From Lama guanicoe (taxonomy: Eukaryota): 64,000 bases of DNA. The DNA lies in the NCBI GenBank assembly GCA_013239625.1, contig MU053379.1:2648866-2712865 (forward strand). Reading direction: 5' to 3'. Positions 1 through 12,642 of this stretch are shown one piece after another; positions within the stretch are counted from its first letter, which is position 1; every line of letters begins with the position of its first letter. A program made the position numbers and the translations under genes. The notes below the pieces were generated by a model. That model was not told where the DNA came from and made no database searches. It saw only the letters and a list, made by a program, of their open reading frames with translations.

Positions 1-1553
1 GCGTTTTCTGTTGTACTCAACCCTACCTGAAACAGGAATCTTCTTTTTTCAGCTGAGATTCAAGCTCCCACTGGTTGCCCGGAATCACGTGAAGAATGAA
101 AAGGAATTAAAGGCATCATAGTTCTTTAAAGAATCCTTCATGGGTAGTGTTGCTAATAATTTTGCAGAGGCCAAATTCATGCCTCATTCTCTTCCCAGAC
201 CTTTCCTGAGTGCCCGGAGTGTGCCTGGGGCAGCGGCAGGAGTGCCGCGGTGAGCCCAGCCCAGCCTCGGCCCCACGTTGCACCGTTTTCAGTGTGCCCG
301 TCCCCATGACAGGAGAGACAGCCTGAAAGGGTCCTGGAGTCATCGTCACTCTTAGCAGGAGACAGAGACAGAACAGTGTGCATTTTCCCCAAGGGCTGGA
401 GCTGCAGAAACCGTTAGTAACGAGCTCCCCTTTCCCTGACAAAGAGAAAGTTAAGAAAATCCTTCATAAAACGAGGCTTAAAACCGCGGCACTGTCTTGA
501 CAGCCCCGGCTCTGCTGGGACAGAGGTGACGGACTTCCTATCATGCTTTTGAGTCCTTTTAATGATTTTCGCAGAAAGGCTTTTCAGAGTTGCATGTTGG
601 ATCTGCGGAAGAGCTTTGCGACTTACCGGTCCTTGTTCACGCGTCCATATCTCCCTACTCTTTACTTATGTGGTAAATATTGCGGTACTTTGCCCCAAAG
701 AGGTCAACTTATGAACTTTGACCTCTGAAACTGACACTGATATTTATAGCGCTGTCAACTGGTCATTATTTACTTTGGTCAAATTGGGGAACGGGGCCTC
801 TGAAAAAGAAGAGAGAGAATGGAAAATCATAGGGAGAAAAAATTGCATTTATAAAGCAAAAATAGGCTTATTAAGAATTTCAGAAATCCTTCTCCTAATG
901 GCGCTGACTCTGTCTGTCTTCCATTTCCTTGCATGGACAGAGCTCCCTTTGAAGTCGTTGGCAGCTTTCTGTAAGGAGAACCGTATCCACGCGGGTGTGG
1001 GGCTGAAAACGGAGTGCCTTGCTTTGCCCTTTTAAAATGTGTTTTTCGAAGATTTGCCTTTCATATTGCAGATGGGTGAGAGGATGTGCAATTTTACCGC
1101 GTGTAACATCTTCGCCTGCAAAGCTCCAAGTATTGGTGGGCGTTTTTTAATGAATAGTTCCCATGTTTGCCTGCTGAGGAAGGCAGAGGTTTGTGTAATT
1201 TACTTCCATTTTACACCCGAGGAAACTGATAGTTAAGGAAAAGAGGCTCAGAATTTCAACCAGTAGCAGAATTAAGGAAACAAGCCCAAACCTTGCCACT
1301 AGGCTACTGATGCCCGGTCCAGTGACCCTGGAGGCTGAACGTGACCCCCAGACGAAATGGTATTGTTAGACAAAGTTCACCACACATGTTACGTCCCATT
1401 TCAGTGTGAATTGGGTTTACTGTGTGGGATCATTTGTATCTATGTGGACTGCTTTCTAGTTCAATGGACTGTTTATAATTTTAGAAACTTCTGATTTGAG
1501 ATCTGTTGTTGAAATTGAGTTTCATAATGCTTTTGTTGTCATTCCAACTCATT

Positions 1554-1685
1554 TAAAAAAAACTGAGGGGGAGGGGGAGGTAAATTAGGCTTATTTATTT
1601 ATTTTGGCAGAGGTACTGGAGACTGAACCCAGGGCCTCGTGCAGACTAAGCACACGCTTGACCACTGAGCTGCACCCTCCCTCCT
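1554..1685 (-). mobile_element. tRNA-derived SINE, camelid Vic-1-like
   Basis: Reverse strand shows Pol III A box (CAGCTCAGTGG), B box (GGTTCAGTCTC) and an AATAAATA tail. Imperfect TSD cattccaactcatt (1540) / cattctaattcatt (1686). Confidence 0.85.
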
Positions 1686-4600
1686 CATTCTAATTCATTC
1701 TAAGTGTACAACAGACACCAGACCAGAAGGGGAAACACAGAACTCAGGTCTGTGTATATCAGATAAAATATATTTTGACCGATCGTTTGTACACACGGGA
1801 CAGTTAACAAGCATGCAGAAAACTCAGAACTCTGTGTTATAAGGTCTGTTGATAAATGTATGTGAATCACGGCATAAACTCACGTGAGGATGCACGCCAG
1901 TATCATTTTTACTAAAAAGATCAAACCTAATCCGAAGTAGATCTAATTATGTCTAAATCATTTGTTTGGTCATTTAAGCAACTGGAAAAGAACCAAGAGA
2001 AATAATTTGAATCAGTAGAAATTATGTCAACGCCCTTATAGAAGGGCTCACGGAAGGCAAAGTCAGCATGTCGCATGTCTGTTTTCTCACCATTTATCGA
2101 ACGTCCAGCAATGTTACGGAAGGACTTGTGCAGAAAAAAACCAAAAATAAACTAGAACAAAAGTGCCTCAGAAAATAAAGATGTAGCCCCTGATCTCAGA
2201 AAGCAAACTGTCTAGGTGGAGGGCGATGGACAGACCTGATGAATGAAGGGAACAGACCTCCGGGGCGGCTCACGCACTCACGTGTACATGGTGTTCTGTT
2301 CCAGAAGCTCGTAGGAAACTGCAAATAAATAGGTCAAAACTTAAACATGTGCTCATTTCTATTCCTTATTTTCTCATCTCAACAGCCCCCTACCAGACTT
2401 CTATCATCATTTCCCACCAGTTCCTGCATGCTCCCCCTTCCCCCACCCCCCCCCCCAGCCCCAGAATTTCCCAGCGAGGAGTCCTGTGTTGTCTTTCTTT
2501 CCTCTCCTGTCTAAGGGATGGGACTTAAAGCTTGCGTTTCAAACTCACTGTGAGAGCCATAATCCATCTTAAGGAACATTTCTTTTAGCCCTAAAAGGTC
2601 AGCTTGTGCGTGATGCATGGTTTATTCCTTCTCGCTGGGGTACCTGTTGTTCTCTATATTTTAAAATCATCCTTTTGTCTAAAAAGGCTAACTTCATGTC
2701 ATTAGGAAAATAGAATCATAAATGTCCCAAAAGGCCACGGAGGTAAGAATCTGCTTTCTCACCCATAGTATCGCTGGCACGGTATCTAGTTAAATAGCTT
2801 ATAGAGACGCCTCTGATTTTTGGTAATTTACCATCACAAGGGATATTTAATTTCTGTCTATAAAATATGAGTCAATAGATATGGCTTTTATTTTTACTCT
2901 ACTATTAAGGAAATAAAAAACAAAACCAAAAATCTAAAACAGGGCCTCCAGTGCCCGGGACATTTTTGGTAGGTGATCAGACCGAGTAGAGGGAAAGCTG
3001 GCTTGGCTTGGAGGGTCTTCCGTGTCTGTTTTTCTTGGCTGTGAAAACGCGTAGTTTGAAGGAACATGAAAGTGGACACATTCTGCTCTCCTCCCACGAT
3101 GCCTCGCGCCTCCGGCTTCCGGGCAAAACAAGCCCTTTGTGAAGCAGCAGAAGCAGTTTTCATTCGTAGTTATCACTGAAAGAGATTTCCAGGCTGGAAA
3201 GAATTTTTTTTCACGGTATTTAAAAACCATCTATCCTAACAAAAGAAAGAAATAATGCAGCTTTTTCAGGTCACTTTTTCACACCTGACGATGAATCTGT
3301 TTTTAATTACAGCCTGGGCACAAAATTGGGTTCCTCGAGAATCACTGTGACGTCTGATCACCCTCCCGAGACGCCCACCTTCGTTGGTGCTGATGCTAAC
3401 TCTTGACACCCGAGGCCACTTTGTGTATTCAGCGGTTAGGAAGGTGATTTCTGAGGCCTGGCAGCTGTCGGTGTTGAAGCTATTGTGCGGAAAACAAAGG
3501 CCATTCTGTTCTGTTCCCCAGGCCTTTGTGTCGTTGATTCAGGAGCCGTTTTCGTAAATGGGGTTTAATTCTTTACCAGGGAATTTCATTACTGCCCGTG
3601 TTTCGATGTTAGCATATGCTTCAGGACAGCAGAGGCGAATGTCTGAGCACACCGCCTATGGCAGGAATCTTGGGTTCTGACCTCTGTGAGGATGCTTGCA
3701 TCTTACGTCTGTTCATTAGACCTGCGATTGGATGCCATCATCCCGCCACCTCAGCTTCCTGTCCTCTGAACTCTGCACCACCGGACCCAGTCTGCTGCCG
3801 CCACCCTTGCCTTGGGAATTAACCAGAACACAGTACACAGTGGCACCCACGTGTACCAGTATTGACTATTTCCTCGCAGAATTCCTCATTGACCTGTCCC
3901 GGGAAATTCTCACGGGACAGATCAGAGTCATATTTATTTGAAGAAGAGATATTCACTCTTTCACCTAAACTAGATACATTCATTATTGTCATTTAGAAAG
4001 TGATCAGTTTAGGAAGGTTTTAGTTGCATGGAAAAGAAGCAAACCAGCCTAAACAATTGAGGGAACACAGTGGGCTGCATCTTTCTCCCCAGCTGTGCCT
4101 CCCCCACCCCCCAGGGCTGTGCCCTTGCTGTGTGCCTCTGAGGGTCCTCCCACTACAGGTGAGACTGCCTCCCCACCTCGGGGGTGTTGGGCTCAGCCAT
4201 GTGACTTGCTTTGGCCAGGCTCAAGAAGTATTGCTTACTCTCACTTACCCTTGTTACACTGTTAAATTTGCCTTGAGAAGGACAGCCCCAGCTCTCTCTC
4301 ATCAAAAGAGATAAAAGAGATGTGAGGCCAGTCTGGAATCTGCAGGCTAGAGCCAAACCCAGATGAATCCAGCCGACATCAGCCTTCTTCCAGCTGACCC
4401 AGTGTTACATGAGTGAGAATAGATGGCAGTTTTTTCAAACCAATGCATTCGGGTTGGTTTGTTACACAGCACTGTTTTGGCAACAGCTGACTGATATTTA
4501 TTGCTCATGTAGCTGAAGAGTCCCAGGTAGCATGGGCTTCAGGTCGGGTTTGAAAAGAATTCCCGTTCTGTTGCATTGTGATTCACTTGGGGCTTCACTG

Positions 4601-6206
4601 CAGGATGGTTTCCCTCTTGGTGGCATGATGACTGTACCATTTCAGGCTTCATATCTATACCTCATACCATCTGGAAAGCAAGAGGCTTTTCTTCTTAAAC
4701 CATCACACAGAAGCCTGGGGCTTCACTCTGATTAGGCCAGCATATGTCACATGTCTATTATGGGCCAACGAGGGTAGGATTATGCGACTTGGTTTATGTC
4801 AATCAGAGTCCCCTCTGAAAGATGCAAGAGGGTTCTGTATTGTCCAGAATCCACCATGTGCCTCGTTAGAAGTGGGAGTGGGGGTGAAGCAGATGCCGAG
4901 AGGCACCAGCAATGCAAATTATGGAGACAGTCTAAAACCTCCAAACTTTGTTTTGAATTTCTATTAATACATTATAATCAAGACGCTTTTCTAGCTCCAT
5001 GTTACTGGGCTAGTTAGAGCTAGAGAGCGGGCATTTATCCTCTAGATTACACAGGTTGACCTGGTAAATGGCAAAGCACGTGGCCACAGCCATGCTGCCA
5101 TAGGCACTGGCGGGTAGCTGGTAGCTTAGTTTTCTATAGGACTTTGCCATCAGCCTGCTCCAACTCCTAATATCTCAGGAGTTTAAGAAAATTAAAAATA
5201 AGTTTGATCTACTAGAATTTGAAGATCTCTGGCCTAGAGAATGAGTTAATGCTAATGGAATGAGAATTTAACCCAATGGGGTGCATTGGATGTCGCTCCA
5301 CTGACTTCTGGGTTCCATTGCTTCTGATGAGAAGTCAGCTGTCAACCCTGTTATTGTCCAGGTATCACAGTAAACATCACATAAAAATGTGTTGAATTTA
5401 TGAATTAAAAAAGAGAACCAAGGTCTTCTAACACAATCTAACATTCTTTCAAGAGCACCCCAACTACCTCTTTGTAAAACCTTCCTTTGTACCATTCATG
5501 CTCCCACTGAAGCCTCTGCAGGAAAGTGAACCAAACGAATCAATTCAGGTAATTTTTTCAAACCTGGACAATAAAATGATCTCCAGTTACTTTCTGTGCT
5601 TCTAAGAGTCCTCCGTGACCCTCAGTTATTCGAAAGACTGAACAGCCCTTATTGTTCAATATGTTTTTGTCATTCAACATGTTTGTCATTTTACAAATAT
5701 TTCTCCACACCTCCTGTGCACAAGGCGCTGTGCTGAGTAGTGTGAGAAACGCAGAATTGGAGGTGAGTTAATACCTGGCGTCAGGCACCCAGCTCCTGAA
5801 ATCTGATTGTTCAGGGTTTCAGGGAGACCTTGGACAGAAGGGAAGATGGGGCCTATGATAAAACTACAGATTCTCAGGGAGCAGCTTGTCTGTCTTCTTG
5901 TGTCGTTACCTTATCATCTGTAGTCATAGGGGGCCTCAGCTCTATATGCACCATCTGTCAGCAAGAAGACAAAAATGATCTAAATCAAGAATTTGATGTG
6001 AGCCAGCCTCGGTAGTATGTGTATTTCCATATTCTTACCTGAGTTTTTTAAAACTGCCTTCCCGTAAATTTCCTCAGGGCTGCACACGGGCACCCTTCAC
6101 TTTGATTTGCTGGTAATGTCCTGGCTACATAATCACCATTTTGGGAGTGCAGACTCAACTACGTTTTCCTCAAGTCCCTTTTTCTCTTTGTATTTTTTTT
6201 TTCCAG

Positions 6207-6334
6207 GTGAGTTACGCCTTGAACCATACAAACAGAAAACTAACGTTGGAACCAAAAATAACTATCAACGCCAAGATTGTCGTGGTCGGTGCGTCCAGCG
6301 TTGGAATTTCCTTCCTAGACACACTGGTGTTCTG
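6207..6334 (+). CDS. CFAP61: CFAP61 internal coding exon (128 nt, phase 0->2): VSYALNHTNRKLTLEPKITINAKIVVVGASSVGISFLDTLVF(C)
   Basis: Long T tract plus ttccag acceptor and TG|gtgagt donor. Peptide matches CFAP61 as recalled and contains a Rossmann-like IVVVGASSVG. Phase fits the next exon. Confidence 0.95.
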
Positions 6335-6486
6335 GTGAGTTGTTTTACTTTATTTATTCGCTTGTCTTTAAAGGGTTCTTTCTCTTCCTACACCTGAGAG
6401 GGTCCCTTGAAAGGACAGACCCGAGTTGTTTTGCTATCGCACATACCTTGCCTATGTGGATAAATGAACCAGTGGAACATTCTAGA

Positions 6487-6690
6487 TCGGGGTTGGCCAA
6501 CTATGGCCCCCAGGCCAAATCTGGCTTTCCACTTGCTTTAGTAAATCAAGCTTTATTGGCACACAGCCGTGCTCCTTTATTATGTGTTGTCTCTGTCCCC
6601 TTGATACAGAGGTGGACTTGAGCAGCTGGGGCAGAGACCGTGTGGCCTGCAGGCACTCTGACCCTTTCAGAAGAAGTTTTCCAGCCCCTG
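6487..6690. mobile_element. MER58A-like hAT MITE
   Basis: ggggttggccaactatggcccccaggccaaatctggc...cagaagaagttttccagcccctg. Confidence 0.75.
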
Positions 6691-7217
6691 CTCTATACCT
6701 GTACTCCCCGTATTGAGCTGGATTGTGAGCATGGCTGAGAGCATTTGTCAAAGACATAGATTCCCAGGCCGCACAGACGTACAGAATCAGAGACTCCCAG
6801 GCAAGGTCCTGGGATCCGGAGGATTTGGGAGCCGGGTCTGACTTCACGCGTCCCGAGTAGGCTTTCAGAAACAGCAGGTGGGACAGGACCTTTCTTTCAA
6901 CCCCTGCATTTCGGGTGCCAGGGACCAGAGTAAGCCCCCAGGAAGCAGGTCTGTGCATCCCATTGATGTGCTTTCTGTTACCCTCAAAGCACTGCACAGT
7001 CTCCTTGAAGAGCCCATTTTCCTGACAGGTGCTTCCTGAGGACGGTCAGCTTCCCCAGGCAGCTCCCCTAGGGCTCCGCGAACTCCAGCCCCTCTTTCCC
7101 GGGAGGGGCCCTGGGGCGCTGTCCAAGAGCTTGGGCTCGCCACCTGGCAGCGCCACCACCAACTCAGAACCCTCAGTGTGCGCCTGGCTTCTCTCAGACC
7201 CAGTTTCCTCATTCATT

Positions 7218-7358
7218 TTTTTTCCATTTTTGGGGGGGGGATATAATTAGGTTTATTTATTTATGATTATTATTTAAATGGAGGTGCTGGGGATTGAACC
7301 CAGGACCTTGTGCATGCTAAGCATGTGCCCCACCAGTGAGCTATACCCGAGCCCCCCA
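7218..7358 (-). mobile_element. tRNA-derived SINE, Vic-1-like
   Basis: Reverse strand tatagctcactgg...catgcttagcatgcacaaggtcctgggttcaatcccc. TSD tttcctcattcatt (7204) / tttcctaattcatt (7359). Confidence 0.9.
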
Positions 7359-7397
7359 TTTCCTAATTCATTGTTTAAAAAGTGTCATAGATGTTTT

Positions 7398-8326
7398 TTA
7401 AATTTTATTTTTATTTATTTTTTCATTGAGATATAAATTGATTTACAATGTTATACATGTTTCAGGTGTACAACATAGTAATTCACAATTTTTAAAGGTT
7501 ATAGTCCATTATGGTTATTTTAAAATATTGGCTGCATTTCCCGTGCCATAGAATATATATATCTTTGTACCTTATTTATTTATTTTTTTTTATTGTAGTT
7601 GATTTACAAAGTTAGTTTCAGATGTACAGCAAAGCAATTCAGTTATCCATAGACATACATATACACACACATATTTTCATATTCTTATAAGTTATTACAA
7701 GAAATTGAATATAGATCCCTGTGCTATATTGTAGGTTCTTGTTGTTTATCTGTTTTGTATATAGTATTGCATATCTGTTAATCCCAAACTCCTTATTTAT
7801 TCCTCCTCACCCTTTCTCCATTGGTTATCATAGTTTGTTTTCTATGTCTGTCAATTTCTGATTTGTAAATAAAATTTGTATCATTTTTTAGATTCCACAT
7901 ATAAGTGATATGTATTTGTCTTTCTCTGTCTGACTTACTTCACTTAATATGATAATCTCTAAGTCCATCCATGTTGCTGCAAATGGCATTATTTTATTCT
8001 TTTTATGGCTGAGTAGTATTCCATTGTATAAAGATACCACAACTTCTTTATCCAGTCATCTGTCAGTGGACATTTAGGTTGTTTCCATGTCTTGGCTGCT
8101 GTAAACAGGGCTGCTGTGAACACTGGGGTGCAGGTGTCTTTTCAAATTATAGTTTTCTCCAGATACAAGCCCAGGATTGTATGGTAACTGGACTTTTAGT
8201 TTTTTAAGAAACCTTCATACTGCCCTCCATGGCGGCTGCACCAAATTACATCCCCACCAACAGTATAGGAAGGTCCCTTTTTCTGCATACCCTCTCCAGC
8301 ATTTATTATTTGTATAAAAGTTCTTT
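7398..8326 (-). mobile_element. 5'-truncated L1 (3' UTR and ORF2 end) with two tandem 3'-tail segments
   Basis: Classic antisense L1 sequence tccatccatgttgctgcaaatggcattattttattctttttatggctgagtagtattcc. TSD tcatagatgtttt (7385) / tcataggtgtttt (8327). Confidence 0.9.
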
Positions 8327-11300
8327 TCATAGGTGTTTTAAAAGACGCTGGCTTTGGGGAACCACAGACTCCTAAATTAGGAGAATGCAGTTTTCTCTGG
8401 ATCTTTTTGCTCAGGATCACATGAGAAACTTTAGCTACCGTTCAAAACTGTAGCTACTAACAGGTGAGTGGAAGATGGGGAAAAACATCCCCACGTGACT
8501 CCTCCAGAAGGCGTCGAAGTGTGAGGGGTCAGGCAAGGCAAGGGCTTGTCCCTGGGGGATATGGAGATGCGCTAACTCCAGGTGGTCATTTTGCTTGTTT
8601 GACGTCACATTTAACCAGATGAAGATTTTTTCACTTTCCAACCAATTTGTTCAACTCTCCTCAGTTAACCAGAAATAAGTCCCATGTCATCATTGAAATC
8701 AGCACTGAGTTCACATGCTTTAAATTTTGCGATCAGTCTTCAGCAGTCTTTCATTGCAAGAAAGGAGTAATGTGAAGCAGCCAGGAACATCTATTTTTCT
8801 GCGCAGGCTGCGCTGTAGTCGGAGGACGTCCTTCGTCCTGACGGGTCTCTTCACCTGCGACTCTGAACGGCGCGCTGTGTGCAGCTGTTTCTGAGCGATG
8901 AACGATCTGGCTGGAGCTGTGAAATCACAGCAGTCAAGGAGTTATCATAAACAGGTCTTACGTCTTAATTTAGCTACTTACCTAGTCATTATGTCTTATT
9001 TGAAACGATTCCATTAAGATATACACATATAATTTTCTTTTTTGTGGAATCAACTTAGATTTAATAAAAGCAAGTATAAATTTTGATATAAGTACTTGGT
9101 TGATTAAATTTCTCAATCAGACAGACCTTTTTAAAGCATTTTAAAGTACCCATAATTCTCTATCATTGTCACACAGATTACATACACTAAAAATAGACTG
9201 CTGTCAGTTTACAGATCTCTAATCCTTAAGAGAGGAAATCGTTTTCTCATTATTTTCTCTCATTATTTCAAATTAGCAATCTCCATAGTAACCCGCTGCA
9301 TATTTTACTTTACCAGTTTTGCTGCCGTTTGAGCTAGATTTTATAAATGATTTGAGCTCGAATGAAATTGAAGAAATGCAGTTTTCACCAAACACGGGCC
9401 CCCAGTGAGGATCAAATCCACATTTTGGAGGCAAGATTTAGGGAAATCGCCCTCCTTGTGCGCCTGCACGGCATTAGTAAGCTCAGCTGGGGCACCCTAG
9501 CTCCTGGAAAATTCATCTGAGGCCCAGGACAGCAACCCCTTTTACCAGCATATCTGGTAATCGTGTCATCCAGTGATAAATCAGACGCAAGTCTTTATTC
9601 TTACGTTATTACATGCCAAAAAAATTGCAGAGCACCTTAGGTCTCCTCTTCAAAGGCACCAAAACAGTCCATGCATAAGCCCTTTCCCCTTGTCACACTC
9701 TCCCTGCCCCAGGAGCCAAGGTGCCCCTGGGGGCGTTGACGTGATTTGCCCAGAGTAGGCGCCACGTGCGGAGGGACTGTTGACGGGATGTTTTGGGGTT
9801 TTTTAGTGCAACCTGCTGTCTGGTCCTCAGCCGCTCCCTGGCCACAGCTGCCTCTGTGGGGACACACCTTCTTGTCTGGTCATCGGGGCTGTGGGTCACC
9901 CAGCATCTTCTCGTCCCTACGAGAGCAAGGCTTCCTGGGCCCTCCAGTGCCTGGCAACATGGTGACAGGCGTATTCTAGGGACACACACCAGCCACCCTT
10001 GTGGTTCTCCCTGTCCTCCTGGCCCTGGTGAGTCCTCCAGGACTGGGCTGAGGGGCCCTTGGACTTTCTGCAGGCCCTCCCGAGGCCCCTGGCAAGCTGA
10101 CACAGGAGGGCAAGGGTGCCGGGGACGCAGGGGTGGATGCAGGGTGGAGGTGAGGCTCAGCTGGTTTGTCCCCACACCCAGGTCTTGAGCGTTTGTCTTC
10201 TGAGGGTGCTGTGCCCAAGCCACTCCTCAGGGAGTGGAGGAGGGAGCGGGTCCAGGCCCCTGCCCTGTGGGCACACCCGCCCTGGCCTTCTTTCCTCATC
10301 ACCTGCCTTGCGGGGGTGCGCACCCCCACGGTGGGGAGCAGAAGCTGGGCAGGGGAAGGACAGTGGCACAAGAACCAGGGTGGGGGAGCTCCCTTGGGGT
10401 AGGGGGCGTGGAGGAGGCAACCCCCACTCTTGCTATGGAATAGAGGGCAGTGAATGGCAGGGAAAAGGCAACACTTAAGACGCTTTGCTGTGAATTGTCT
10501 GTGTTTCTCATCATGCCCAAGGCATCAGGTGGCAGATCTGAACTATTTAAAAATTGCGGTTCTCACGATTGATAGGTTGGTTGTTGGGCTGCCTGGCTCT
10601 CTGGGACAGAAAGGTGTTGACTTGGACAGTGGTGGTTCATGTACATATTCTTTTTGGTATTTCTATTAATAAGACTTCTTTAAAACCCCAAACACTGGTT
10701 TTTGGCGGAAAGATCTTGGCCCCCTCTGCTGTGGTCCCCCCACCCCCCCGCTGAGGTGCCCTCCCAGTAGGAGCCCCACCAACCATACCACACGTCTAAA
10801 GGAGACCTGGATTGACAGCCAGGAGGGGAACCTGTCTCATCCGTCAAGTAAGTGCCGTTTCCTGCAGGAGAGCTTTGCAGTGAAGCTGGAAAGCTCTTTC
10901 CAGAAAGCAAGGGGCCTCCTTCCACGTAGCTCAGCGGGTCATGTTTGTACCAGTTGCTCTGCACACCCACCGTAGCCCTGCTGAGCTCCCCAAATGGAAT
11001 GCTTGGACTATGTCAGGCTTTCTATAAAGAAATACGGAAATGCTACACCAAGAAAGGGCCAGGAACTGGATCTATGAACCTGTCTTGGGTTTTCTGTCCT
11101 CTTTACTCAAAAGTTGGGTCCGGACTCCAGCAGGACCAGAGTCGCCTGGAAGCTTGTTAGAAATGCAGGATGTCAGGCCCCGCCCCAGTCAGCGTCCTAA
11201 ATAGACACTGTAGACACTGTATTTTTATTTATTTTATTTTGTTTATTTTAAATAGAATGGCTTCTTTCCTGTCTCTTGGGCATCAGCTCATGGAGCTGAA

Positions 11301-11454
11301 GCTGCTACCGTTTTATTCTGTTTCGAATGGTGTGTCTCTACACTTCCGTGTGTTGCGTCATCACTCCGAATTATGGAGCAGCTCCTTTTAATCCATCACT
11401 TTAAAATCTTTCCTAATTCGATTCCGATGTAAAGAATCTCTTGAAGAGCCTGTA

Positions 11455-11790
11455 AGCGCGTCCCGGGATGGACGACAGTGTCCGCGCGCAGCCCCGGGCG
11501 GTGTCCCCACGGCCCCGGTTACGAGGCGACGATGCGCTTCGTGCGCGGAGAGCGCGGCGGGCGGTGCCGGCCTCCCCCGGCCTCCGCTTCCACCGCGGGA
11601 AGTTTTCTCAAGACAGCCACCAGGTCGCGGATCCCTCAACCGGTGGGCGTGTTGAGGAGCGAGCAGGGCACGTCTGTGTGCGAGGCTGCAGCTGCGGCCG
11701 GACGACCGTGACTCGTGCCACCGGCCGCGCAGGACCACGGCCCCCGGCGCAGCTGCCAGGCCTGGCGGCGGCAGCCGGGCACTGGCGGCT
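11455..11790. other. Intronic CpG-rich island
   Basis: Dense CpG and very high GC against AT-rich flanks. Confidence 0.7.
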
Positions 11791-12321
11791 TAATTAGGCT
11801 TTTTATCTTTACGCTGGTCCGAAGACATCTGAAGCCTTCAGTGTGGCCTGTCACTAATTAGGTGACTAATTAAATAGTCCTCGCTTCCTTGCTGATCTCA
11901 GAGCTAACCCCCCACGAGCAGGTTGGTGGCTGTCACTGCTGCGCACTGTCGGGCTCTGCCCATGGACTGATGGGCGTGCGCTCTCGCCCGCTGCCCGTTT
12001 GGTACCAGGGAGAGGCAGGGTGGCGACCAGGCGCATGGCACGTGCCTCCGGAGCCGGCGGAGAGTCACGGGGGGGGGGGGGTCACATCGCACCATACTGT
12101 CACGTTGGCATCACCATGGGGCCTGTCGGGGCTGATGCAAGGGCCCCTCTGATGGCCTGGGGGGCCAGGGGAGTGGGGACAGTTTTGTGTCAGGCTCAGT
12201 GCCCCAGCCTCCCCAGGCAGAAGGACCTGAAATTCTGCCTCCAAAAAATACTGCCCGAAACTCTGCCTGATGTTGCTGATCATTGTCCGGTTTCCTAATC
12301 TGATTCCAATATTTAAATGTA

Positions 12322-12642
12322 CAGGCAGACTTTCTTTTATTGCATTTTGCGGATAATGCCTTTAAAAAAATTTTTTTTTTTTTACAAACTGAAGGTTGTG
12401 ATCACCCTTTGCTGTCAGATGATGGTTAGCATTTTTTAGGAAAAAAGGTATTTTTTAGTCAATGCGTGTACGTTGTTCGTTTAAACATAACGCTATTGCG
12501 CACTGAATAGACTACAGTGTAGCTTAAACATAACTTTTGTATGCCCCGGGAAACCCAAAAAACTCCCGTGACTCACTTCATCGCAATATGTGCTTTATTG
12601 TGCATCTGGGACCGAACCTGCAGCGTCTCCCGGTGTGCCCGT
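12322..12642. mobile_element. Internally deleted Tigger1-like DNA transposon
   Basis: Left end (ta)caggcagac...ttttacaaactgaaggttg. Right end gaccgaacctgcagcgtctcccggtgtgcccg. Both resemble Tigger1 termini. Confidence 0.75.

Noticed and set aside
7270..7357. tRNA gene (A and B boxes present)
   Set aside because: AT-rich tail, TSDs and seven diverged copies show it is a tRNA-derived SINE.
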